Part shown: piece after piece, positions 21,463 through 35,319 of the stretch | Numbering within the stretch: the stretch's first letter is position 1 | Layout of the letters: each line of letters opens with the position of its first letter | Assembly: GCF_004010195.1 (NCBI RefSeq) | Contig: NC_057756.1 | Span: forward strand, 10,653,565-10,706,370 | Length of the DNA stretch: 52,806 nucleotides | From: Chiloscyllium plagiosum | Taxonomy: Eukaryota | Direction of reading: 5' to 3' | Position numbers and translations under genes: made by a program | The notes under the pieces: generated by a model | The model's database searches: none | What the model was told of the DNA's origin: nothing | Seen by the model: the letters and a program-made list of their open reading frames with translations, nothing else

Positions 21463-22075
21463 CATGCACACACACAAATTCTCTCTCTCCCTTACATGCC
21501 CCCGCACACTTTCCACCTCCCTCAAACGTATACATAAGCGCATACAGATACATGTAAATCTATGGGATGAATTTGTATTTCAGATTTGTAGTTGCAGACA
21601 GATTCTATGTTGTTCAAAAAACACACAATCTATAAACAGTCAGTCAACATTTTAAAATTTCCTACTTTGGAAATAAAATTTGCCTGTCTCTAGGCTGGGA
21701 TGCAGACAGAATTTAACCTCACACCTTTAATGCATTGTCTGAGCTGAGATGCTACCTTTTATTCCATTGATAAACCTTCAGTTATCTCAGGTCTGTGACA
21801 TGAAAGTATTTCTGGGATTTACATATTAATGGAGTGAAACCTGCATCCCCATTCTAAATGATTAAAGACTTAACAACCACCTAAATGTATCTAATACTTT
21901 ACAACAGTTATATGATATTTTGATCATTTACTTATCAATTCTGTGTCCTACGGATCTACTCCACTAGCTACCTGATGAAGGAGCAGTGCTCCAAAAGCTT
22001 GTACTTTCAAATAGACCAGTGGGAGTATAAGTTGGTATTGTGTGATTTTTTTAACTTTGTCCACCTCAATATCGT
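21463..22075 (+). mobile_element. Penelope-like 3' region with hammerhead remnant
   Basis: TAC-CTGATGA-A-GGAGC-AGT-GCTCC-AAAA-GCTT-GTA at 21969-22003. The tail resembles 48101-48185. Confidence 0.6.
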
Positions 22076-22084
22076 CACCCCTAC

Positions 22085-22820
22085 GTCTCCTATGCCCCAA
22101 AGGAAAATACGTTTTAGCCTCTTCAGTCTCTCCTCATAACTCAAACCTTCCAATCTCGATAGCATCCCAGTGAAACTTCTCTCCATGCTTTCTAGGTTAA
22201 TAATATCCTTTCTGTAGTTGGGTGACCAACACCGCATGCAGTACTTCAAATGTGGCCTCACCAGCATCTTGTACAGCTGTAACAAGATTTCTCAACTCCT
22301 ATACTCACTGTTCTGCCTGATGAAAGAAAGAATGGATTTCTTCTTTCTACAACAGTCCTCAGAGGTCTACCATTGTCTGTGTAAATACTCTCCTGTTTTG
22401 ACCCACCAAGTGCAACATATTTATCTAAATTAAACCCCATCTACCATTCCTCAGCCTACTGGTCCAGATCTCGCTGTATTTCCAGATGGTCTCCTGCACT
22501 GCCCACTATGCCACCAATCTTAGTGGCTACCGCAAACGTAATAACTAAGCCTCGTAAATTCTCATCCATATCGTTTCTATGAATAACGTGTAACAGTGGA
22601 CCCAGCAATGATCCCTGACACACACAGCTGGTATCAGTGCTCCAACTCTACCAAGACCCTCTGTCTTCTACCACCAAGCCAATTTTGTATCCAGGTGGCT
22701 GGCTTCCCTTGGATCTGGTGAGATTTATCCTTACTCAACAAGCTACGAAGAGATACTTTGCTAAAATCGACGTAGTGAATGACTACCACACTGCCCTCAT
22801 CTCCTTTCTTGGTCACCCCT
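22085..22820 (-). mobile_element. CR1 LINE RT fragment
   Basis: YVDFSK...WIQNWL..RRQRV; LYKMLVRPHLKYC..CWSP...SYEERL. Confidence 0.88.
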
Positions 22821-22831
22821 TAAAATCCCAA

Positions 22832-23455
22832 AACAACAGGGCATTGATTAGGCCACAACTGAAATATTGTGTGCAGTTCTGGCGCCTGCATCTTAGGAGG
22901 GAGGTTAGTGAGTTTTCAGAAGATTTAGCTCAGGTTGAGGTTTTGATTGTAGGTTTGCTCACTGAGCTGGATGGTTCAAAAGCAAGAAGGATGTAATTGT
23001 TCTGGAGGGAGTGCAAAGGAGATTCACCAGAATGTTGCTAGGGATGTAGCAATGCAGCTGAGAAGAAGGAGGCTGGATAAGCTCGGGCTGCTTCCTTTAC
23101 AGCAGGGATCAGGATGGATAAGACTACGAGGGGCGTGGGTGGGTTGGATTGAAAGCAGTTGTTGCCCTTAGTCAAATGACCAATGACAAAGTGGAATAAT
23201 ACTAAGCTGAAAGGGAGGAGGTTTGGAAGGGAAATACTACCCAGAGGATGGTATGGTCTGCTCTGCACTGCTTGAGAGGGTAGCTCAGGTGGGAATACCA
23301 AAACATTTCAAAGTTACTCAGATTAGCGCTTGAGTTGTCAGAACATTTAAGGCAATAGACGAAGTGTTCAGAAGTGAGACTTGTGCAGCTTCAGTGTAAT
23401 TGTGGAGGCTCAAGCAGGATGGATCGATGCACTATATCTGTCCTGTATGATGACA
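22832..23455 (+). mobile_element. CR1 LINE 3' fragment with a ~95-bp insert at ~22905-22985
   Basis: RALIRPQLKYCVQFW, continuing GVQRRFTRML...RLDKLGL after the insert. Confidence 0.75.
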
Positions 23456-24065
23456 TAATTCTCCGAATATGAGGAGAAGGTCCTGCATTCATTTCTTCTT
23501 TGTTTTGAGAAAATATTACACAGCATGCATTCCAGCTGTCGTTGTAGTCAATATCAGCTTCAGATTCTGTGTCAGAGTGCTCACTCAAGACAGAATTTAC
23601 CAAATGTATAACTGAATTAACAAGGAAAGCAGTATTATAACAGTTTGTAGTAAGAACAGCTCTCAAGGAGCTCTACAATATGCAGAATGAAAAGTTTGAA
23701 TAACCTCAGAAAAATGAAAGCCATCACTGAAAAGATTATCAAAAGGTATTTCGATGTTGATGGGACTGGTCGGGTGTGAAATAATGCAAGCATTGTTGTT
23801 TGAAGATAAGCTGCAATTACCATGTCTGACCTAATATGATCAGATTAATACAGTCTCTTGGGTATTCAGATTTACATGAACCTGTTGTCGTAAACTGTTT
23901 GTTCAAAATGAATGAAAAATTGATGGTGTAAAATCAATTTCCCTGTGGATATATCACACAACATAAAATAAAATCTTTGGACTTGTCAGCTCCAGTCTGA
24001 GAGAATTCTCCAATTTACAGAGATTGCCAGCAACAAAAAGGGAAAAGTGTTTAACAAACGATAAA

Positions 24066-24129
24066 ATGTCTCTTCTAATGCAAATTGTCAAATTATACTA
24101 CACCATACTTGCAACTGTTGCTGTTCCTG
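24066..24129 (+). CDS. GPR139-like class A GPCR, coding exon 1
   Basis: AAAATG start, MSLLMQIVKLYYTILATVAVP, then CCTG|GTAAGT (phase 1). Joins in frame to the acceptor at 31559/31560 to complete TM1. Confidence 0.85.
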
Positions 24130-24714
24130 GTAAGTCTTGTAATTTGAGTTTTAAGTGAATAGTTTGTCGATTAAGGAGTTCGTGAGTAATCTGCAGCATT
24201 GACTGTGTTTCTATCCTGTTCAGAATGGGGTTTCCTGATGTCATATCGATGGGGTATGACTGAGCAACGGCCCTGGCTAGTTTGGAAAGTGTTTCGCAAA
24301 ACCACTCTCGCTCTGTGGGAGTTCAGAGCCTGCTATTGGTCAGATGGGTTTTGAAACAACCCACCTCTTAGCGATACTTGGTGTTTCCCATTCCATGATG
24401 TGAGGGGATTGTGATGGTGGTTCTTGCTCAAGCAGCTCGCTCCAAATGGGAGCCCAGATACAACAGGTGGACAATGGAGGGCGGCGGTATTCAGCAGTTC
24501 ATTATAGAGTGAGAAGTGAAGGTCAGCACAGATGGTTTCAACCACCTTGTTGGTTTTCATTAGTCAGCGGATGTGTGGGGTCATGACATTTGTGAGGGCA
24601 ATTTGTTCAGATCAGTGATGAGCACAAGCTTCTAAGTACAATGTGCATTGTCAAAATTATCTGATTGTCAAAAATACATGTAAATTGTGCCACTTATAAA
24701 AAGATGCACAGTCC

Positions 24715-25514
24715 TGTGGTGTAGTGTTTAATCGGATAAGTGCTTAGATCTGGAGTGTAGTGGCAGCAGCTGTCCCACAGAGAATCAAACAACTTTGTCC
24801 AATGGGATGTTTCCCACTTTGCACTTTGTTGCTGTTATCCCTTGATGTTCTCAGGCTGATAATTCTGTTAGAGCTATCAATTGTGATGAGATGTGGCTTT
24901 AATAGGGATTTGTTTTGCCCTGTTTCTCTTCAAGAAAGATGTGGTGAACTTGTTCCCGAGTTATCTGCTCCATAGAAAGCAGCGTGAATAGATTTGGGGT
25001 GTTAAAAGTAGACAAAATAAGAATGTGTGGCAGGAGTCTGGCTCACAGAAACCCGGGGTTTTCCTTTTCCGTTCTGGAAGTTGGGTTTGTTTGGAGTTGA
25101 AGGTGTTATTTACAACTCTCTGCTGCTGAAAATTCTTGAGGTCTCTCTGTCTGCTGCTAGCTTCATTCTGCCGCTGTTCCTTCTCTTGGACTGAAGGGGA
25201 TAACAAGTGAGGGAAATCTGTTTTGCTGTATGTCCTTTTGCCAAAGGTGTTTCTGTGATGCTGTTGTGTTGGAACAGTTGATTAGTGGAAGTTAAATAAT
25301 ATTATTTTTTGTTAAGTATTTCGCTCGTATTAAAGTGATGTCAATTGTTCATTTCTGGTTTCCATCTTCACTTTGAGGTAAGAATAAAATACGTTATCTA
25401 ATCAAATCACGTCTGGAGTGCAGCATTTTGCACTTGCCTTTTAAGCAAAATGAAGTTGAAATCTAGGCTATCTCCATGCTATGTTTTAAGGGATTTCGGT
25501 CTAGTCCAAATCAC
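24715..25514 (+). mobile_element. Probable solo LTR in the GPCR intron
   Basis: TGTGG...TCACA ends, AATAAA at ~25383 and non-coding content. The 3' end resembles that of 20512-21462 in style. Confidence 0.4.
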
Positions 25515-25879
25515 AGTGGAGTTTGGAAAGACAACAGATTACAAATGCAAAAGTCTTTACAGATCGTTGAATATGTTTATTGCTAAGTTTACAAAATGAC
25601 ATGTCCTGTTGGAGATAAATTGATGTGACGATTTTCATAAAGGCAATTGCAGAGCAGCAATGTTTATTCCATCAAATGCTCTGTAGACATGTTATGCTTA
25701 CTCAAATAATTGGGTCTGATTAATCTTCTAGCAGGGTTAGGATGTGCAGTCCTTATTATCTTGACATTAATGGGGGATGTATGTAGAGTTGGATGGGTCG
25801 ACACTATTTCACATCTGTAGATTCTTAGATTTGGAAAAACAGTTTGTCAATTGGTACATCATAAACAGGTAATTTTCCA

Positions 25880-27630
25880 GTGGTTGCTGCACTTTGTGAG
25901 GAAGGTTTCTTCTGCCCTGGGAAAAGAGTCCTGTACCGTCTGTGCTCTCCATGCCAATCTTAGAAATTTCTATCAGGTTGTCCTTCAATATCCTGCACTC
26001 GAGTGAAAACAAAAGAAGTCCATCCAAATTTGCTTTTTAGCTAAAATTTCCCCATGTTAGGCAACATCTGGTAAAAAAAAATGTACCCTCTCCAAAGCAT
26101 CCGTAACCTTCTGGTAGCATGATGACCAGAACTGTGTGCAATATTTCAAGCGTGGCCTAACTAAGTTCGATAAAACTGCAACGTAACTTGCCGATCCTTA
26201 TACTTAATATCCCTCCCAATGAAGGCAAGTATGCCATAAGCCTTTTTCTAACTATCTTATCTACCTGCACGACCACCTTCAGTCATCTGTGGATCTGCAC
26301 ATGGAGATCCCTCTGCATATCAATACACCTCAGGGTTCTGCCATTCACTGTATATCTTCCACCTATACTTGACCTTCCAAAATACCTCACATTTTTCCAT
26401 CTGCCATTTTCCTGCCCATGCCTCCAACTGACCTGTATCCTGCTACATCCTCTGACAATCTTCACGATGCGCAATTCCAACAATCTTGATATCGAGTGCA
26501 AATATGCTAATTCGACCAGCTACATTTTCCTCCAAATCATTTGTGACGATCACGAACAACAGAGGTCCCAGTACTGATCCCTGTGAAACACCACTAGCCA
26601 CAACCCTCCATTCCGATAAGCATCCTTCTACCGCTACCTTCTTTCTCCTATGACTAAACCAGTTCTGTTTTGATCTTGCCATCTCACCACTGATTCCATG
26701 TGACCTCACCTTTTGTAACAATCTTCCATTAGGGGCCTTATCGTTTCATCATAAACCTCGAACAGGTTGGTTTAGCATGACCTCCCCCGCAAGAAACCCT
26801 ATTGCTATTTAGTCCGTTTTATTCTAAATGCACATACATCTTGTCCTTGAGAAACTTTTCCAATAATTTCCCTACTACCGATGTGGGGCTCACACGCCTG
26901 TAATTTTCAGGATTGTTTTTCCTATCCTTCTTAAACAATGGGGCAACATTGGCAATGCTCCTATCCTCTGGGGCATTACCTGCAGTAAAAGATGAAACAA
27001 CAATATCTGTCAATGCTCCAGCAACTTTTTCTCTTGCCTCCGTCAATATTCTGGGATATATCCCATCAGGACCCGGGGTCTTTGCTACCTTAGTACGTTT
27101 CAACACCACATCTTTTTAAACAGCAACTTGGCTTTGAAATTTGACACATCCTTCCCTGAGATCATTCTCCATAAATTCTTTCTCTGTGGTGAACAATTAC
27201 GCAATGTATTCAGTTAGGGCCTCACCCACCTCTTCTGGCTCCACCAATAGACTCTCGCTTACATGTATAAAAAGCCATGGGATTCACCTTAATCCTGATT
27301 GCTAATGAATTTTTATGACCGCTATTAGCCCTTCTAATTCCTTGTTTAAGTTCTTTCCTCCTTTTCTTATATACTTCAAGGGCTTCTTTAGTTACCATCA
27401 GCTTAGGCCTAAGGTATGCTTTCCTTACCTTTTAAACAAGGTGAAAATATCCCTTGTCATTTCAAGGTTCATGTAACTTGCCATACGTTCTCTTCATTCT
27501 CACAGGAACGTGCCCCTTCTAAACTCCTACTAACTGAAGTTTGGAATACTCCACATTCCCGATATAGATTTAACCTCAAACAGTCACCTCCAATCAAAAT
27601 TCTCCAGTTCCTACCTAATGTTGCTTTAGT
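25880..27630 (-). mobile_element. CR1 LINE ORF2 fragment
   Basis: KTPGPDGIYPRIL...ANVAPLFKK...NYRRVS.TSVVGKLLE; SGVSQGSVLGPLLF...NDL. Confidence 0.93.
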
Positions 27631-28029
27631 ACACCTTCACCCAAGGACTGCTGTGTGTGCCATATGGCAGAGACCAGGAAAACCGTCGAAGGTAAAAGGT
27701 TGGATGCTTGGTGCTGAAGCCTTGCTGAATTCAGGGTATCGGCTGTCTCAGCAGATAGTTTGTGTCATCGTTTATTTTGCCGATTCCAATGAATTTCACA
27801 ACTCTTTTGACAAAAAAGCCAGGAGACAGATACTTTTGCCTCAGTTGTTGATGGTGAATACAACACAAGGAAACTACGTTGAGTCAAGTGTAGCACGTCT
27901 GATCTTCGATAGTGGATCAATTTTGAGAGTTTATGATTATATCAATATACTCAGTCCTAGAAAATGGTCTAAAAAGGGAGTAGTCGTCTCCATCAGGGGA
28001 TTGGCTGGACATGGGGAGCACCATTTTCT

Positions 28030-28300
28030 GTTATGCATTCAAGCATGTGGGTATCACTGGTTAGACCAACTCTTGCCACCCATCCATAATTGCCCAGAAA
28101 AGAGCTGAGAGTCAAGGAAATGACTGAGTCTGGGTTCTCCTGACAATCCACAATGGTTTCATGGCTATCATTAGATTTTTAAGTGCATGTTTTGTTGAAT
28201 TCCATTTCCACTATCCACTGTGACAGACATCAAACCCAGCTCCCCAGAATATTACCTCGGCCTCTGAGTTAATAAAACTATTAGGCCATCATCTCTCGAA
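28030..28300 (-). mobile_element. Decayed tRNA-derived SINE (shared with paralogous intron at ~43570-43890)
   Basis: CAAACCCAGCTCCCCAGAATATTACC resembles the reverse complement of the SINE head at 49600-49650. Confidence 0.55.
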
Positions 28301-29106
28301 ATCTTTGGTATTGCCTTGAATCCACAGAAGCAGTTTCTGATACCAACAATGGCACACCAACTATGGCACAATTCTGGTGATTTTCATGGAAAATGCCGAT
28401 TCAACAATCGAGATTCTTAGCTACAGTGTGCTCGGGAGTGAGATCTATGACCACAAGGAGGGCAGATGGAGACGTAAGCCTGGACATCAGGCTGCAACAT
28501 TTGCTTAATCCCAGATAAAGTGTCTGATTTTTAAACCAGGAAGTAGCAATGACCTGTGCTGCATGGATTCAGATTTTATTTGAGTCAGGGCTGTAGTGTA
28601 CCATCTCAGGCAGATGGACAGGAAACCAATGCTAATGTTAAATTTCTTCTGATTGCAGTGAGCATCCAACCTGTGATATGGTGTTTGGATGTACTGCTGA
28701 ATATTTTCATAGTTCAGATTGCCAAGATTATTAGAGACAGTGTCTCAACGCCCTATCATTTGTGTTTTTTTTTTCATGTTGTAGAGGGCATTCAATCCTT
28801 GACACTGCAGAATGATTCAGTGCACTGCACTGTAGCTCATAAAATGCGCATGTACACATCTAGGAGCAATGAGAGATCTGGAAACTCGAAAACTGATAGA
28901 AAGAATTTTACAATCAATGTCTGTGATAGGTGGGTCTACCATTCTTTATTTTACTGATCTTAGGTGTCTTTGTGTGGATGTTTGAGCCTTAAAGGAAACT
29001 CAACTAAGTTGGAGTAAACCATAAAGACAACAAAATCAGGTGTTCTCAATCCCACATAATCCTGAGTACATGCCCGTGTTTCTGGGAGTAATCAACTGTT
29101 CGTGTT

Positions 29107-31315
29107 ATAGAATCGTAGAATTTTACAGTACAGAAAAAAGCCATTCGATCCCTCGGAAAGCTATCCCTCGAAAGAGCTGCCCACTATCAAGCCCTATCTC
29201 TGTAGGCCTCGAACCTCATCACTTGCAATAATATATCGAGCAGGTTTGTGAAATCTCCTTTGGAATCAGCCTCCACTACTCTCCAAGGCAGTGCATTTCA
29301 AATCCTAACAGCTTTCCAAATAAAAGACATTTCTCCTCACCTCACTCCAAGCCCTATTGTTGACAATCTTGACATTGTAACCAATAGTTACTGAAATACC
29401 AATTAATGAAAATATCACTCATTACCCTCTCAAAATTGCTACCAATTTTAGATATTTTAATAAAGTTCACTTAGAGTCACAGAGTCATAGAGATTTACAG
29501 CATGGAAACTGACCGTTCAGTCCAATTTGTCCTTGCCAACTAAATATCCTACCGTAATCTAGTCTCATTTGCCAACTTCCTATTCATATACCTATTGAAA
29601 TGCCTTTTAAGTGCTCTGATTGTACAGCCTCCACCACTTCCTCTGGTAGTTCATTCCATACATGCACCACCCTCTGTGGGAAAGACTTGCCCCTTACGAC
29701 GCTATTAAATCTTTTTCCTCTCACCCTAAGCCTATGGCCTTTAGTTCTGGACTTTTTCTCTTCAAACTATCCATGCCTCTCATGATTTTATAGACCTCTA
29801 TAATGTCACCCCGCAGCTTCCGATGCAACAGGCAAAACAGTCCTAGCCTATTCAGCCTCTCCCAAGAGGTCAAATCCTCAAACCCTGCCAACATCCTTCG
29901 AAATCTTTTCTGAACCATTTTAAGTTAACAACATCCTTCCGATAGGAAGGAGACCAGAATTGAACGCAATATTCCAACAGTGGTCTAACTAATGTCCTGT
30001 ACAGCACAACATGACCTCCCAACTCCTGAACTCAATACTCTGACCAATAAAAACAAGCATACCTAATGTCTTCTTCACTATCCTATCCACCTGTGTCTCC
30101 GCATTCAAGGAACTCTGAACCTGCATTCCAAGTTTTATTTGTTCAGCAACACTTCCCAGGACCTTAGCATTAAATGTATAAATCCTAGTAAAATTTGCTT
30201 TTCCAAAATGCAGCAACTCACATTTATCTCAATTAAACTCAATATGCCACTCCTCACCTCTTTGGCCTATCTGATCAAGATCCCATTGTAATCTGAGTAA
30301 TGTTCTTCGCTGTCCATTACACCTCCAATTTTGGTGTCATCTGCAAAATTGCCTCCTATGCCTCCTATGCTCACATTCAAAATATTTATATAAATGTCGA
30401 AAGATAGTGGACACATTATTGATCCTTGTGGCACACTACTGGTCACAGGTCTCCAGTCTGAAAAAGAACCCTCCACCACCACCACCACCACCCTCTGTCT
30501 TCTACCTTTGAGCCAGTTCTGTATCCAAATGGCGAGTTCTCCCTGTATTCCATGAGATCTAACCATGTTAACCATGTGGATCCTTGTCGAATGGCTTACT
30601 GAAGTCCATATAGATCACATTTGTATTGTCCATATAGATCACATCCGCTCTGCCCTCATCAATCATCTTCAAAAAACTGAATCAAGTTCATGAGACATGA
30701 TTTCCCACACACAAGGCCATGTTCACTATCCCTCATCAGTCCTTGCGTTTCCATATTAATTTAAATCCTGTCCCTCAGGATTCCCTCCAAAAGCTTGCCC
30801 TTCTCCAATGATCTATAGTTCCCTGCTTGTCCTTACCACCTTTCTTAAATACTGGTACCATATTGGCCAACCACCAGTCTTCGGGCACCTCACCTGTGAC
30901 TATCGACGATACAAATATCTCAGCAAGAGGGCCAGCAATCACTTTTCTAGCTTCCCACAGATTTCTAGGGTACACCTGTTTAGGTCCTGGGGATTTATCC
31001 ACTTTTATGAATTTCAAGAAACCCAGCACTTCCTCGTCTATACTATCGACATTTTTCAAGATGTCACCATGTATTTCCCCACATTGTATATCTTACATGT
31101 CCTTCTCCAGATAAGCACTTAATGCAAAATGCACGTTTAGTATTTCTTCCATCTCTTGTGCCTCCACATATAGGCTGCCTTGCTGATCTTTGAGTGGCCC
31201 TTTTGTCTCCCTAGTTACCTTTTTGCCCTTAATATATTGATAAAAGCCTTTTGGATTCTCCTTAATCTGATTAACCAAAGCTATCTCATGTCCTCTTTTT
31301 GCCTGCCTGATTCTT
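29107..31315 (-). mobile_element. CR1 LINE insertions (old 3' end 29107-29470 plus younger ORF2 3' half 29475-31315)
   Basis: IKENPKGFY...; DKSPGP..YPR.LWEAR..IAGPL; SSVPQGS...FADDTK; AGAGTCATAGAG tail. Confidence 0.93.
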
Positions 31316-31559
31316 AATCTCGTATGCTACAAAAAAGAATATGCTCAATCTCTCTAATACTTAAAATTATTCGGTTGTTACTTATCTCTGATTCATTTTG
31401 AACGACTTTGATGTTGTAGTTCTGATTCTTAAACATGATATCGCATGGAACAACAATCATCTTTTTTATGAAAAGCCATCAATTGCAGTATGGGCTAAGG
31501 CACAGAGAACATTTGATCAGTAACTTCAAGTCTTTTTTTCCCCTTTCTCTCCCCAACAG

Positions 31560-32450
31560 TTTGTCTCGTGACGATTGTATTCTTGTCCAGGGGCAAGTGT
31601 GATCTTTCCAATTGCACCACTCGCTACCTTGTTGCCATAGCAGCATCTGATCTATTGGTCATTATTTTTTGAAATCACAGTTGGTTGGTTTGGTTTCCTT
31701 TATTATCCACCATGCTTCTTGGACATTGTTCCTGTTTGTCGTATTACCTTTATCCTGAACTTCATAGCAATTGATTATTCTGTCTGGTTCACTGCTGCTT
31801 TTTCCTTTGATCGATTTGTCGCCATTTGTTTTCATCAGATGAAAACTAAGTATTGCACAGAGAAAACTGCAACAAAAATTCTAGCAACAATCTGCATTTT
31901 GTTTTTGTTAAAAAACATTCCCAACTACTTTCGATATGAACCATTAATGATAATTGACAATGTCCCATGGTATTGTTATAGCAGCTACAGTTATTATAAT
32001 GACCCTCGGTGGGCAAGTGTTAAGTATTTTGAACAATTTTTGACACCAATGTTACCATTCACTGTTATTGTCTTTATTAACATTCTGACTGTCAGACATA
32101 TCTTCGAGGCTATTAAGGTGCGTAAGGGTCTAAGGGGTCAGAGAAAAACAGAGCATGACACAGTGGTAGAGAGCAGAAAGAAATCTGTGACTTTACTCTT
32201 CTCTATTTCAGCCAGCTTCATACTTCTCTGGTCGGTGTATATTTTATATTTCTTTAATGCTGGATATTCCTTGAAGCGTGCTGCTTTCGATCTCTTTATA
32301 CAAGTTGCATATATGCTGCGGAACTTAAGTTGCTGCACAAATGCATTTATTTATGTGCTGACCCAGAAAAAATTCAGAGACCAGTTAAAGTATGCAGTGA
32401 AATATCCAATTATAAAAATACATCATTTGATGAATACATCCAGTAACTGA
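31560..32450 (+). CDS. GPR139-like class A GPCR, coding exon 2, with a +1 T frameshift at 31665-31670 (young pseudogene or assembly error)
   Basis: Polypyrimidine tract + CAG acceptor; LSRGKCDLSNCTTRYLVAIAASDLLV (TM2); FSFDRFVAIC (DRY-like); PMLPF (TM5); ILLWS (TM6); SCCTNAFIY (NPxxY-like); KFR helix 8. About 317 aa if the extra T is removed. AATAAA at 32728-32733. Confidence 0.9.
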
Positions 32451-32930
32451 GAGCCAACATGAGATTCAGTAGATGTCTACGTGAACCAGGTGTCCACGTG
32501 AGGACTGGACCAAAAGGAGAAGGAGGAGCAGCCATATGATAACATTAATTTTCTAATGGCCAAGGACTGACTCCATCTGAGGAGCAAACTGAAAGAGACT
32601 TTAGGAGCAAAGGAGCAACAGTTAGAAAGGAGCAACAGTTAGTAGAAAGCTGAATAACAAAAGTATAACCGATAGAGGAATCAGACGTGCTCAGAAGTAT
32701 TCATTCTAAGCAATCACAGTGAACAGAAATAAATGACCTGGAGGAAAGTACCATTATTCGCGCAGGCCAGAGTGGGAACAGCAATGACAGGTTCCTGCTC
32801 GCTACTCCTCATGGAATTCTCTGATCAACACATCTGGACAAAAGTAAAAAAAAAAGACGTTTCCTATTCTAAAGAGTAATACACTGAAAAAATGTGTCTT
32901 TTGATCACAAATGTATTTTCAGCAACACTT

Positions 32931-33124
32931 CCCTTTGTCTGTTTCCATTCAGTTTCCCCCTGGCCTGATGCTGATATCACTCTCTTTATTTATTTGTTTA
33001 TTTGCACTAATCGGCTGCTGTGTTGTTCTCTTTGTCTGTTTCTATTCAGTTTCCCTCTGGCCTGATGCTGATATCACTCCCTTTATTTATTTGTTTATTT
33101 GCACTAATCAGCAGCTGTGTTGTT
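32931..33124. repeat. Tandem duplication, 2 x 97 bp
   Basis: TTTGTCTGTTT starts at 32934 and 33031, with about 5 mismatches between copies. Confidence 0.92.
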
Positions 33125-33834
33125 GGGGGAATCCAAGATCTAATCAGAGGGCTCAACGGCAGACGTGATCCGCATCTCAGGAATGGGGTGCGATGTGGGA
33201 AATGAGCCACCATCCTCAGTACTTCCATAAAAATGTTTTCTGGATCTCGCTGCTGCAATGAGCTCTGTGGGAAGTGACTGTGCATGAACGCTGTTTTCTT
33301 GTGGCTTCATATTAGAGCCTGACATGAATGTAAAAAGATATTTGCATTGTCACCAGCAATTCGTTTCCATCTGGAAAACAGCTCCTAAATCCATCCCTGC
33401 CCCAGCTCATAAATGGGTGAAATATCCATTCATTCCATTGTTATCTCTGCCCCCTTGAATTTTAAGTGCCCTATCGGCCTGACACCAGATTATAAACTCC
33501 ATACACTTACTTTGTGCAAACTTCTTCCACCTTCCTGGCTTGCTTTTCCAACAAATCCTGATCATCCACTGACCACAGTGATCTACACAGGCATGCTGTC
33601 CCCCAGATTTTCGATGTTACGTTCCCACCCGTCTTTTAATATGCTCCAAGCTCATCCATTGATCAATTTGCTTTCTTGGACTGGTGTAAATCTTGTGTTG
33701 TAAAATGTCAATGAAAGTGTTCAACTGTGATATAAATTTTACCAGATGGGAAAAGAAATGACTGACTTCATAGAATTAAATCAAATATGAAATGGCAGGT
33801 CAGAACGCTAGAAACAGCAGTAACAGATTAAAAA

Positions 33835-33950
33835 AATACTGCAGATGCTGGAATCCAAACTAGACAGGTAGGAGGCTGGAAGAACACAACACGCCAGGCA
33901 GCATCTGGAGGTGGAGAGTCGACATTTTGCGTGTAACCCTTCTTCAGTAA
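33835..33950 (-). mobile_element. Penelope-like 3' end with decayed hammerhead
   Basis: Minus strand CTGAAGAAGGGTTACACGCAAAATGTCGAC...GATGCTGCCTGGC...TTCCAGC...CCAGCATCTGCAG. Confidence 0.7.
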
Positions 33951-34139
33951 CAAAAGTAAGACTGACCAATTCTGTATCATTGAGCTGTTTAAACGTCTGG
34001 TCTCCCCATCACATTCTGTCTGAGTATGCAGCTCCTTCTCCTCTTCGAATAATTTACTCTCAACTGACCTAATATTGTCTCCGATGTGTCAACAATAACT
34101 ATTTAATTTGCTATGATAAAGATCTTTTGAAATATGTTT

Positions 34140-34900
34140 CTAGATATGGAGTTCAACAGCATGGAAACAGAGCTTTCCATTCAACTGAATCATTCCAACC
34201 AGATACTTTCAGCTAATATTTGTCATAATTTGATCCATATACATCTAACCCTTCCTAATCATAAACCCATTGAGATGCTTATTAAATATTGAAATTGTAC
34301 CCACCTCCTCCGGCAGCTCATTCCGTCCAAGTACCACCAGCTGTGTGTGAAAGTAACCCATCAGGCCCCTTTCAAATCTTTTCCCTCTCACTTCAAACTG
34401 ATGCCCTCCAGTTTCAGACTTTCCTGTGGTGGGAAAAAAGACCTTGTCTATTTCCGCTATCCATGCCCCTCATGATTTTACAAACCTCTCAAAGGTCACC
34501 CTTTTGCCTCAGGCACTGTAAGGAAAATAGCCCCAGCCTATTCAGCCTTTCCAGCAGCCTCTCGCTGTAGCCCCAACGCTCCAAAATTCAGCACCATCCT
34601 TGTAATCTTTTCTGAACGATTTAAAGTTTCAGAACATCCTTCCTACAAAAGGGAGATCAGAATTAAATAAAGAATTCCAAAAGTGCCCAAACAATGTCCT
34701 GTACACCAACAAGTCAATGCACTGACCAATAAAGCTTCCCGAATGCTTTCTTCACTGTCCTGTTTACCTGTGGCTCCACTTTGTTCAGCAACACTCCCCA
34801 GAACCTTCCCATTAAGTGGATAAGTTCTGCCCTGATTTACCTTTCCAAAACCTAACACCTCACATCTGTCTAATTCAAATTCCATTTGCTATTCATCGGC
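34140..34900 (-). mobile_element. CR1 LINE 3' fragment
   Basis: MEFELDRCEVL.FGK.NQGRTY.LNGKVLGSVAEQ plus a CR1 3' UTR. Confidence 0.88.
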
Positions 34901-35319
34901 CGATCAGAAGACAGCCCATCAGTGTTGAGCCAATTCACCATCAACGGCACTTACACCTCTATCACATCATCACCACAGTCTACATCATACCCAAACAACA
35001 TCGAAGTCACTTGACCCTCAGGCACCATCTTTGCTGCAGGTCAGATACTCCTCTGCCACAACCTCAGCGCCATCTGTGCCAGGCCAACCAATTCCAGAGT
35101 CACGTCTCTCACCATTGCCCCACCTAATTGATGTTGCCGTCATGTATATCTGTCATTGCTTCACCACCACCAGTGCCAGGCCCAACCAACATCAACGTTG
35201 TTGATTCTCAGGTGCCATCTTTTGCCTACCTCGATGACATTGACCTCATTGATGTGGCAGCCACTGATGACAGGTCCCACACTTGCTCCAATCAGGTAAG
35301 TAGGGGCTCACTTGAGATC

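Noticed and set aside
27416..28108. 230-aa ORF in the GPCR intron
   Set aside because: It spans antisense CR1, unique intron and SINE sequence, has no recognisable domain, and the frame is not evident in the paralogous intron.
30473..30645. (CCA)n run and a 17-bp duplication (GTCCATATAGATCACAT)
   Set aside because: Ordinary slippage events within a dead CR1 copy.
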